Shown here: positions 15,273-27,112 of the stretch, one piece after another
How the letters are laid out: each line of letters opens with the position of its first letter
How positions within the stretch are numbered: the first letter of the stretch is position 1
Origin: Octopus vulgaris
Lineage: Eukaryota
Assembly (NCBI GenBank): GCA_951406725.2
Contig: OX597815.1
Coordinates: 170,624,001-170,688,000 of the forward strand
Length of the DNA: 64,000 bases
Reading direction: 5' to 3'
Position numbers and translations under genes: made by a program
The notes under the pieces: generated by a model
Told to the model about the DNA's origin: nothing
Database searches by the model: none
What the model saw: the letters and a program-made list of their open reading frames with translations, nothing else

Positions 15273-15367
15273 GCGGCTGAAGAAGGCTCTTGATCTATCT
15301 GTTATATCAATTATGCATTGATATAAGAATAAGGTGTTCAATATAAAGCCCGAAACATATGTACCGC
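15273..15367 (+). ncRNA. Type I hammerhead ribozyme motif (Penelope-like, palindromic stem III)
   Basis: gcgg-CTGAAGA-aggct...agccc-GAA-ACATATGT-A-ccgc: stem I gcgg/ccgc, conserved core, stem II ggct/agcc, GUA cleavage triplet at 15361-15363. Confidence 0.7.
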
Positions 15368-16292
15368 AAAATCCTTTGCCTCCTGTTTTTCATTTGATAC
15401 ATATATAAAGAGATAGATAGATATAATTTGCCTAATTTTCTTTAACAAAAATATAATTATTTGTTAGAAATTTTAATTTTATTATCTGACTTGCTTAATA
15501 GATTTAGATTTTATTCACTGCACCTAATTATAATTTATCATCAACAATATATGATAAACTCAAAAATATGTGCTCAAGTCTTGGAAAATCATTCCAATTT
15601 ACCATACTTAGAGTATATAATCATGATTTCAGTTTTCAAAATTTTAAAGTAAGACAGTCACGTAATTGAAGATTGCGATTTTTCTACCAGCTATAAGATA
15701 TTTCATGATATTAATATGCCACGAATCTTAAATCTATTGAGTACATCTCGAATAAAAATAAATTGAATTGTGAAGAATATATCTTTGCAAACGATCAACG
15801 TTTTAGAAAATTTTTGGAGGTAAATTTTTAACCTGAGACATCCAAAGACAATCTGTTAATTTCACTTTGACGTTTATTATTTGTTGTATTATGTCAACAT
15901 TTTCGTCACACGAGTTAAGATATGGTGACTTACACACTGCATCTAATCTGTGAGCTTAGGTTCATCGGTACTGTGTGTGTGCTTTCAATATGGGTCGGCC
16001 GTCCTAGCTGGCCGGTTGACTTTGATATTTAATTGTTTCGCATATTCTCCCTCCTATTTTACTTCATAATGAAAACAATAAATATTTTAAAGAGAACTTC
16101 AACTAAAAGTGTTGGCAGGGTAGGCCACCGGTGTTCCTGTCTCCTGGACAATATCCCTGCTCATCGCTATCGGGGCGGAGATGGCTGTCCGCAAGTGCGA
16201 GCCCCGTGAGTCGAAGTGGCTGTTTTAGCGCATTTCGAGAGGTTAAACACCATTTAAATAAAAGGAAAAGAAAGAGTAACGGGGTAGATAGT

Positions 16293-16300
16293 AAATAATG

Positions 16301-16375
<75 letters not shown>

Positions 16376-16376
16376 T
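16293..16376. repeat. (TAA)n microsatellite
   Basis: Directly visible. Confidence 0.95.
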
Positions 16377-16419
16377 TATAAACTGAAATTGTACACCATC
16401 ATGGTAATCCCTAAAACAT

Positions 16420-17910
16420 GTTGGAGCATCACTGAAAGGAATATGGCAAAAAGTACATGGACTAAAACACAGCCCTGTTTAGTTCCAGTGGCAACAGAAA
16501 ATGCCTCTCAACATTGACTGTTAGATATCACTGTTGCCATCATTCTTTCGTGCAAAAAATTTTTTATCCTTATCTTGTTATCAGGAAGACTAACTTTTCA
16601 TGCAATTTTCCAGAGCGACTCACAATTCACAATATCAAAGGCCTTAATCAAGTCGATAAGAATCACCTGCATGTAGTATTTTGCTCATGTGCATTTCCTT
16701 GAACCTCCGAACCTAAAACCTACATTGGCCTTTAGGATATATGCTGTTTACTACACATTTATTGATGCGGTGAAGAATCACCCTCGCAATAATGTTTGTA
16801 GCTATGCACAAAAAGAAAAAAAACATTCCCTTGTGATTGTCACATACACTATTCCCTAATCAAAGCGATCAATTTGTGCAGCTTTCTTACAAGTTGTCTA
16901 CCACCATGTTTGTACGCTTCTATGGCAATACCGTCTTGGTGATTCATGCTCTTGCCTGATGAGTCTTCATGCATAGAACTGGCCAGGTCCACCACTGCTC
17001 CCCATCGCTGATAATCCCGTGCTTTGCTTGATGGCGGCTTCATGCGTAGAACAGCCCAGGTCTACCACTGCTCACCGTCGCTGGCAATTCCATGCCAGTT
17101 CCTCTGCAACCCCCCTAGATGAAATTTGAACATCTGGAGATCTTCCCCAATCACATTTATTCGGTTATTCTTGAGTCAATATGAATTTAAAGTGTCCAGC
17201 CCACCTTTTCCGTATTCTATCTTTGCTACTTGAGAGTTTTGACACATCATTAGAAAGAATACGATCCATACAGCCATGTTTTGGACCGACTTGAACATTT
17301 GAAATTATATAATGAACTCAAATTGTGAGAGTTAGCAGCCTGTTCTGATTCTTGGGCTTGTTTTGTCCACCAAGAAATTTTCATCTCACACAATTCTTTC
17401 TTAGCACATTTCTTAGAGAAGATGTATCTGAGTAAAGGTGAGTTTTTGTTCTAGATCCATGTGATGTGTCTTTTGGGCATAATTGTAAAGAGAGATTTGA
17501 TTTGAGAATCATTTCCATCGAACTAATCTTGATGACTGCGTTTGGCAAATCCTAGAACTTCCTCAGCAGATGATTGGATGTTGTCACGAATATTATGCCA
17601 CGAAACTTCAGCTTTGAATTATGGTGTGTTTCAAAATCTTTTCGCGCCTCAGGATTATTTTTTAAAGACACATTTATTGTCGGAGGTATATTGGATCGGA
17701 ATGACTTCTTTGTATATGCTTTAGCCAGTAGCCTACAGCGAACCATTCAGTAATCGGCAGTTTTGTGAGTTCTCGTTAATCTAACATCACTGCAATCTTT
17801 GCTTTTTTAATTATGATGTAGTCCAGCCTCTGCCAGTTACCAGATCAGAGATGTTTCCATGTGTTTTTATACTTATCTGCCTGCTGAAAAGCTGTGTTTT
17901 TGCATTAAAA
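16420..17910 (-). pseudogene. Decayed RTE-clade LINE (end of endonuclease to start of RT)
   Basis: Minus-strand translations NTAFQQADKYKNTWKHL*SGNWQRLDYII (about 17900-17810) and DGIAIEAYKHGGRQLVRKLHKLIALIRE*...CDNHKG (about 16940-16820) match RTE ORF motifs. Confidence 0.75.
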
Positions 17911-18109
17911 AGCTTCTTGGACCGGTGAATGTTACGAGTAACGCAAGCCCATATTACTTAAAACAAATGCATTGTGGAGGTATTCTGAAGGTGAGATGAA
18001 GCTTCTATAGCGACGGAAATAGGCAAGATGCGTTACTGAAAGTTTCTAGCCAGAAACTCACAAACATACAGCACAGAGAATGATGGCCATCTCTTTGTAG
18101 AATCCGAAG

Positions 18110-18385
18110 GCATCCTCCGGTGTGGAAGTCCTATTTAGGCATGGCTCTGCTTCTCCAATATCGGAGGCGGGTGAGAAAAAGAATCTTAAACAGTGTGTCG
18201 TCTTCAATAACATTGGAATTGACGCCAGATGTTTAACTATTCACTTTATTGCAGTTAAGGTAAAGGAAGATAACACGAAAATGTCAGTCTTTAGTTGTTG
18301 GAATATACGAACCTATAGAACAGCAAAAGCACAACTTGCAAAGGCTCATATAATATTGATACTGTCGTTCTTAGTGAAAGTAGGG
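18110..18385 (+). pseudogene. RTE-like 5' UTR and endonuclease N-terminus fragment
   Basis: MSVFSCWNIRT... followed after frameshift by ...YNIDTVVLSE, resembling APE motif I (WNVRT...IDIAALSE). Confidence 0.55.
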
Positions 18386-18421
18386 CTTGCCAATAATAAT
18401 AATAATAATTATTATTATAAC

Positions 18422-18456
<35 letters not shown>

Positions 18457-20015
18457 TAGACAATGGTGATGATTATATACGATATATATATATATATAAT
18501 TATATACGATGTACACACACACACACGCCCACAATCTTAAAACTAGACTCAACTATACTTTCTGATACCAAATTCAAATTACAATACAACCATATACGAG
18601 AGAAAGAGGCCAATCAAAGAACAAGATATATTGACGAATAGAACTATTAAAAGTTATACTGTTGCATAGGATTTTCAATTTTTTTTCTTATTGAGGTTAT
18701 GTTAAACAGTTACCCAGGATTTCACAGAAATTGGGAATGAGTAACATTGTTAATTTCAGTAAAAACACTAGCATATTTATTTGACAAATAATCGCTCGTG
18801 ATGCAAAAAAGGCAGCGATTAGTTGAAATTGAAATAAATATTCAAGAAATTATTTAATACAGAAGTTTCAGTTATTGACTTGTGGATTATTTCTTTAAAT
18901 GTAAAGACCGCATTTAAAACTGCTATATAAATGTTGATAGCTTTCTAATTCTGCTTAAATCTCCTGTTCGTTCCATAGTGACAGGGTTGATTTATTCCAA
19001 ATAAATTCTCATCTTAAATCCGGCACGCACCAGGATAATTTATAAACCTGCAGGAATATTGCTATTTATATCGTTATCAATTAAGGAAAATGATAAAGAA
19101 CAAGCTTTCCCTGCATAAAACTCATTGCACTACAAAAGTTAAAATAACGTTGAAAATTCTTTCGCATATTCAATAAGGCAACGAGGAATATACTATGCAG
19201 TAACTACATCAAATGAAAATAGGAGCTTAATTTTTCTCACTTTACTTTCAATATCGTAAAAATTACGGACTAAACCGGGTATGAGTTCAAATAAGATATT
19301 TTGAAAAAAGCAACATGATATTCAGATAAAAACAGTTGATGAACATCAGGGAAATAAATAATTAAAAATCAGTAGTGGAATAAGACAGGGGATGATAGTT
19401 GTATGAAATGCGAAACAAAATATTTAGTAGCGAAGTAAGATATAGTAAAATATAATCACACACATACAGACAACGCTAAATACCAAAGAAATTCTAAACA
19501 ATAGAACAAAGCAAAAAAAAAAAAAATGTTAGGCGTATCTTCACTCGCACATTCGTAGTGCCGCACAGAATATTAACTACAGTCATTTAATGCACAAAAT
19601 GTACCAGAATAAAGGTAGATCCCCAACAAGTATCACATACATCAAGCAGAAGCGGTCCAAATATTCTGCTATACATATGGAGTGGCTTGGAAATTGTTCG
19701 TGGTACTAAAATATTTAAGCATTACGTTTTACATTCATGTTGTTATTACAAATGAAAAGCAGAGATCTAATGTAGAACATCTGGAATTATACTTCTCTGA
19801 ACGAGGACAGCCCAGAGCACAGAGGAGCCCTCATGATATGCATAACATCATTTAAACAGTAATATTGATATCACATACAACAGGGCTCAGTAACATACGA
19901 AATATGCAAATATTCAAAGATAGAATCCATCAGAAGAAAATGCATTAACATAAGGCACGTATATTTTGTATATGTGCGTGTGTGCATATCTGCCTGCTTA
20001 TCTCTGTATCAATCA

Positions 20016-20086
<71 letters not shown>

Positions 20087-20790
20087 GACCTATACTCACT
20101 TCGTCTTAGTCTTAGTTACTCCTGTACAGTTGGCCTGTATACTGGGCTACACTGTGTACAGGCACACACACAAGCATCTCGTGTCCAATATCACTACCAT
20201 TCCGTTCACGTTATAGACGCTAATTTCATTAACTTAATACGTTACTAAGCAGAATGATAAACGAGAGTTTTCGATGCTCATAAAATATCCTGGCGCGAGA
20301 ACAATACAGAAACTAATTAGAGTGACACCATCGCATCAAACTAAACTCTTTAAATTCAGATTTTACACACATAGTTAAGAAGCGCGTAGCTTAGCACTTT
20401 ACCCAGTGACATTGGCACTTAATTAGATACAAAACATGTAATTAAGTGCAAGGCAAAATTTTAAAAATGACCACAACATTTCCCCTATAAATATACCAAT
20501 TTCAGCAACAGGTAAACACATTTATCAAGTGTCTTTCGAAAAATATTGACAAAAATTTGTTATGATGATCACAGGGATACATAACTCAACTCACAAACTG
20601 TCAACTAGGACAATTAAAAGAAAAAAGCGCTGCTAGTTACCGTTGATGTTAGCAAAAGATCATGTTCCATTTTCGCATAACATTTTTGATACTTTTATGT
20701 TGACTAAGCTAGGATTTCTTTTGTTGCATTTAGTTTTCTATTTCTCAATCATCACGAATACATGTTTGTCTTAAATTCTTGTTTTTATAG

Positions 20791-20862
<72 letters not shown>

Positions 20863-21111
20863 ATATATATATATATATATATCTATCTGTCTGTCTCCCT
20901 GTCTGTATGTCGGTCTGTCTGTCTCTCCACCTATCTATCCATCTATCTATCTATCGATCTACCTACCTACTTACTGTCTGTCTGTATATCTATCTATGTA
21001 TCTGTGTGTCTGTGTGTCTGTGTGTCTGTCTGTCTATTCATCTATCTATTTATATATCTATCAAGCTACCTATCTATCTATACTGTCTGTCTGTCTGTCT
21101 GCCTGCCTGTA

Positions 21112-21180
<69 letters not shown>

Positions 21181-24012
21181 CTCTATCTATCTATCAACCT
21201 ACCAATTATCTACCTGCACAACCATACAGCTATGTATCATATAGATACGAAATAATACGATACATTGGCTATCAACCTACGTATATCTGCAATATCTATA
21301 ATTTCCGAGTGTAACACTTACCAAAGCCATTCATTTTAACCTATACTTATACGACACAACATTTATAAATCACCTTAATTCATACACAATCTCATCTGCG
21401 GATTACATCATGCTATTAAATTTCCGCTTCTACCCAGAACCCTCCATCTATATATGAATCGCGCTGCAATTCAAGATAATTCTTTCTTACTATTAACAAC
21501 GGGAGAACACCATATACAACAATAAAACATGCTGATGACACAAAAGTAAATTTGTAATACTTATATACAATGCTTGAACAATATTTACAGTGTACATAGA
21601 AGATAGTAAAGAAAGCATAAGCATCACATAGGAATCGCACTCGCAAGCATTATTTTAAACAATGCAAAGTATAGTGCAGATGTGCCTATAACAAATAAAC
21701 ACATCTGCAATGCTCAGAAATAGTAGAATAGAATTATATGCGCAAACTTCATTACTCTCTAACATACAAATCCCCATTGTATGACAGAATGTGTTATATA
21801 GACTCTAACGAAACTAAAGTATATTATATCTGAAGCAATTGGTTTGTGGATCTTAACTACTCATTCGGAGGTCTGCCTATTTACTATAGATCTACTAATC
21901 ATATTTGCCTAGGGCTAAAGTACAACAAAAGCAGTGATTTAATCAACTAGCTACTACTGAATTATTCTACATTCATTAACAATGTATTTCTTTTGATAGC
22001 ACTGAAGTGATTTTCCCAGTGTTTATGAAGACGTATTTGTTTTAAAATCTTGTTTTTATAGCTAATTATCTATCTATATAGGAAGATTAGAATTAAGCAT
22101 TCATTCAGATCACTTTATTTATTTATTTATTTATTTTGCTTTAAGAGGAAATTACATCCTTTTTTCTCTTCTTGTCCTTCAATAGTAACTTCGTTTTATG
22201 ATTTTGCAATTTATGTTTATAGACATTATCCTGAAGCTTTATATATTTCTGAGATTCGAAGATTTCGAGGTTAGATACTTGGTTGATTAAGCATTTCTCT
22301 AACATGAAAGATTTATTGAAATTCTACTTGCTTTCGTCTTAAGTAGTTTACTTAAAATTGCTTCGGAGGTAATCTTGGCTTCGTATTACTAATAGTTAAT
22401 AGGAAACAGTGATAGTGATTAAAGATAGTTGTTTTATAAACATACATAAAAGAAAACTTTGTTCCTTTAGGCAAAGATCTTCAAAATATTGGACACTGTG
22501 TTGAAAAACTGGTGAAGGATACTCGGAATATTGTTACATATGTCGGTAATAAAAGTGATTAAAACAGAGGTACAATGTGACTAAGTGGGATATAATAAAG
22601 TGTAGGAACCGTTACTAATGCTTCCTTGAAATACAGGAAATGAGAAGTACGTTTTCTTTCTTATTTTTAAATAATAATATCATCACTGCATAAATAATGC
22701 TTGCAGTACTTTGATTCATTCAAAAAGATTTCACATGTTTAGCGAAAGAACGAAAATAACATAAAAGGTTACACTTAACATCCAACACGAATATTTGTTA
22801 TTAATATTCTCCTGCTTCACAAATGCCCCGAGTTGCATGGAATCTTATCAGTAACTCTGTGTTTGTTTATGATTGTATTAATGTGAAACTATTACTAAGT
22901 GAACACGTACACACCTTTATGTGAAAGTCACTGGTATCACATGTTTGCGTTCATAAGTGTATTTATTCTTCAGTCAGTATGTATGCGCGCATGCAATAAA
23001 TTCGTACATATTTATATCATTACTGTGTACTGCGAAGATTTCCACTATTTCTCATGGTTGAATGTTTTTTGAGATTCTTTGACGATTCTTATATATTGAT
23101 TTGTTGCTTTGGGAGAATGCCACATGATATTTGGGTTGGCTCTGTTAATTAACACGACGCATGTACATAGCTGCTACTTATTCTATCGAACCTGGAGGAT
23201 GGAATTTAAAAGCATTGAACTATGCAAAGCTTAATTTAATGTTATATATTTCTGATGTAGTCACTTCATAACTGTTTACAGTTTAATAGAATATAGCATA
23301 CGCATACAATTTCTATTTCCGTGCGTGGAAGATCGAACGCAATACTATAAGTAAACAAAATTACTCAGTATTTCCCATTAGGTTCAATGATATATCGAAA
23401 TATCGTTATAGTGTCAGTGGGAAATTTAATATTCTTTGTCGGTAAAATTGTTTTTCGCTCTGTCGTTTGCATCAGAGCAAAATTCTGTGTCAGTGAAAGA
23501 ATTTGAAGACAAATTCGTGATATTTACCGAGTAGTCAAAATATTTTCCATTCGGTTATCGCAACTTTTCATATGTAGAAATATTATTTCTTTATATCAAA
23601 GAATGTTACACACACACACACACACACACACACAAGTGCCCCCTCACACACACACGCACATATTCTGTTTTACTCTTTTATTTGTATCAGTCATTTGACT
23701 GTGGCCATACTGGGTTTATTTTAGTAAAACAAATCGACGCCAGCACTCATTCTTTGCCTAACAGCTAGGTTAGAGGGACGTAAGCACACCAGGATCGGTC
23801 GTCAAGCGATGGTGGGGGAACAGACACACAAACATACATACATATACACACACACACATATATATATATATACGACGGCTTCTTTCAGTTTCCGTCTACC
23901 AAATCCACTCACAAGGCTTTGATCTGCCCATAGCTATAGTAGAACACACTTGCCCAAGGTGCCTCGCAGTAGGACTGAACCCGGAACAATATGGTTGGTA
24001 TGCAAGTTACTT

Positions 24013-26037
24013 TATTTCATTCGATTTGCCATTAAGGCATTACACAGAAGTAGTAGCTGTGGGCTAGACGAGGACACGATGATGATGAAATGACAGAAAT
24101 GGTTAATGGGAGAAGCAAGCATTGCCCGCTGATTGTTGCATTCTCGAAAACATTGCTCTTTTTATTTAAAAACAAAACAAAATGAGGCACCAAACATCTT
24201 ACCTCAGTTCAAAAATATTTGACATAATCGTCTTTACAAATTGAGAGGCTGAGCATCTTACCAAAGAATACAAACAATATAAACAATGAAAATTGAGGCA
24301 CTAAGACCTCTTATCCTTTCTCTCCAATCAGGCCATATGCCTCCTGCAGGCACTCCTGTAGTTCCAGGTGGGTGCGCAAAAAAGCAAAGCTATCCTGTTC
24401 CTTCGGAAAGGAGTCCATCACCCTGAACATTCCAACTTCCGTTAGCGACTCCGCAGTTACTTGCGGAGGCCAATACAGGTCTTCAGTCCAGGGCAAGGTC
24501 CCTCCCTCCGGCCCTCCAGCTTCCTTACGAAGCTCTGTATCGCCCCTCCCTTATGGAAGAAGATCACAATATCATCCGTCATAGCACTTGGAGGAAGCCA
24601 CAGTTTCCTCCGTCGGTGGCACAATTCCCACCGACGAGGTTTCAGGACATGCTGGCAGTGCAGTACCAACCGTCGGCAATGTCCCATACTTTGTATTTTT
24701 CTTTTTTTTCACCCTTGTGCTACGGGAGGTTGTTGTACCTCTGCTTTATTCGGAGGATCTTCCCTCTCTCCTGCAGCTTTAAGTTCCTTCGGTGAGCAAC
24801 CGTTGTTGCTCACCTTCTTCCTTTTATTTTTCCTTTTTTCGAGGAGGCCTCCACCTCCTCGACTACCTTCATCTCCTCCCCCCAAAGGTGAAGCGGGGGC
24901 CGCTACTTATATTAACTGCTCCAGGCCCCTATTTAGGGTACAGTTCTTATTATTATGCCCCGCTTCCAGGCACAGGTAATACTTACGGAGGGCGTCCCTC
25001 GAGAATCACCGTATACCTAGAACCAGCATTTTAAGAAATTCTTGAAACACCAGATTTTTGGCTGATTGGGTCCACAGGGTCAAAACCGCTTTTGATACCA
25101 CTCAACCAGCGCAGGCAAAATTTTGTCATTGAGGAGCTTGGCTCCGCTGCCACCAAGACCCCGGCGGATAGTGTCTTCTATCCACTCGTGTTCTATCCTG
25201 AGTGACAACTGTAGACCCAAGCCCTAATCAACTTCGTCCCACAATAAGTGGGAAGAAACAATATATCCTCGCCCTCTAAGGGCTGACTTGCAAAATTGCG
25301 AGCCTCTTCAGAAGTGTCAAATAGCAGCCACACCGTCGCATATTTGACACCCCTGGAAATAAATTTTATAGTTGGCATATACTCCGCCAACTTTCTTTCT
25401 ATGTCGGTCTTTATAAAGAGGGCGATGGTGTCGAGCGACTTGGAGTACGTTTGCAGCACCACCGTCCTCTCCTCAAAACTTTTTATCCACCGTTTGGGTA
25501 GGACAATTTCGCACTCCAGCACCTTATCTTTCTTTGCCATATTGAGAGCAAAAAAAGTTCAAACCTAAGTTCAAAAAAAGGTCCGAAGTCTAAACAAAAA
25601 GAAGATAGAAGAAAGAAGGAAGGTAGTTCAAAACACAGCAAAATAAAGCACAATTCCGGCCGAGAGTACTTCTGGCCTAGGGTAATCCACGAGCAGGAAC
25701 ACAGGGCCACAAAATTGGTACGAGTATCACAAAGTTTTGGTAAAATCCACAATTTTTGTTAAAATTCCACAATTTTTTGGGAGGTGAGACACGCCCCCAA
25801 AACAATAATTCTCACAGCTAAGTGAGTCACTTAGCGCGAGTCTACAGGCAGATAAATATCCGGGACCCGGTGAAGATTTCTTATTTACAAAAAGCAAAAC
25901 AATATCAAATAACAAACCCCGCTAAATCTCCTCAAAATCAGATGCCTACCTTACAGTCGCGCCTTCGACGTTTTTCAGTTGAAGCGCGCTGCGAAAGCAC
26001 GTCTTGACAGCATTCAGTGCAAAAACAACAGACTCAC
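24013..26037 (-). mobile_element. ORF1-only non-LTR retroelement (HAL1-like, L1/Tx1-type ORF1), 2025 bp
   Basis: Degenerate 11-bp TSD gcaagttactt (24002-24012) and gcaagctgctt (26038-26048). About 500-nt 5' UTR, one decayed gag-like ORF, about 300-nt 3' UTR ending ...aatgaaataaa. No room for an ORF2. Confidence 0.85.
24311..25540 (-). pseudogene. Frameshifted ORF1/gag-like protein with RRM-like region and CCHC zinc knuckle
   Basis: MAKKDKVLECE...ERTVVLQ...VWLLFDTSEEARNF...; then YTVILEGRPP and, after a frameshift, (Y)YLCLEAGHNNKNC = CX2CX4HX4C with first Cys TGT>TAT (24940-24981); basic low-complexity linker; C-terminus ...WPPQVTAESLT...LQEAYGLIGEKG*. Confidence 0.8.
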
Positions 26038-26272
26038 GCAAGCTGCTTACCATACCGCCACTCCTGCACCTATATATATATATATATACATATATATAAC
26101 TCACGCATCTGGAGCATCATCGTGAGTTTTTGCCTTTTCCACAGACCTCTTCTGTAGTGTGTTTCTTCTGGGTGATATAATTTCATATTACCACCCGTGC
26201 TTGTGTTTTATCCTGAATCTTGGTTTATTTTGTGAATGAGAGCGTTTGACACTGCTATCATCGGTAAATCAC

Positions 26273-26439
26273 CAGAGCCATCTTAGCAGTATTATAGGCC
26301 TCTAAGCAAATCAATGTACTGGGCCATTCAGTATTTATTCATTGACTTCATGGCAAAATATACATAGAACAGAATTGGCACCCTAGATGCTTGGGGTCCC
26401 GACAAATGCCAAGTGTACCCATGGTTTAAGACAGCACTG
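26273..26439. mobile_element. Possible hAT-like MITE
   Basis: Imperfect terminal inverted repeats cagagccatcttag and ttaagacagcactg; no clean 8-bp TSD. Confidence 0.3.
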
Positions 26440-26452
26440 TTGCACACAAACA

Positions 26453-26491
<39 letters not shown>

Positions 26492-26608
26492 AACACCCAC
26501 ACACATTTATATATGTATGTATGTATATTTCTATCTATCTACGAAGGTAATCGAAACTGTGCCGGTGCTCTAATCATCATACGTTTATAAACCTTGTACA
26601 ATTTATCC

Positions 26609-26732
<124 letters not shown>

Positions 26733-26736
26733 CATA

Positions 26737-26815
<79 letters not shown>

Positions 26816-27026
26816 GCGTGTATGTATGGATGCAGGCATGCATTGCGATTTCTTACGAACAGTTTACACCTTCGAAATTTACTCGCAAGTGTATTTTATA
26901 TGATCCGTAATACACTCTAGCTCAGTCAACTGTTAAAATTTGTTGGTATCTAGTTCACTTCAGATATATATGGTACAGTTTATCAAATATTTTCATGCCA
27001 ACACGTGTTAATACTCTCACTAAAGT

Positions 27027-27112
<86 letters not shown>

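Larger units (their letters stand above)
23670..26070 (-). mobile_element. Family A tRNA-derived SINE split by a 2-kb insertion (SINE parts 23670-24012 and 26038-26070)
   Basis: Body matches the copies at 42462-42915 and 57665-58061; the head resumes at 26038 (gcaagctgcttaccataccgccactcctgcacc). Confidence 0.9.

Noticed and set aside
20414-20449. Hairpin gcacttaatta...taattaagtgc as a pre-miRNA
   Set aside because: Stem is only about 11-15 bp and AT-rich; expected by chance.
26238-26268. Hammerhead-like ccgatgatagcagtgtcaaacg (minus)
   Set aside because: Two core mismatches and a poor stem II.
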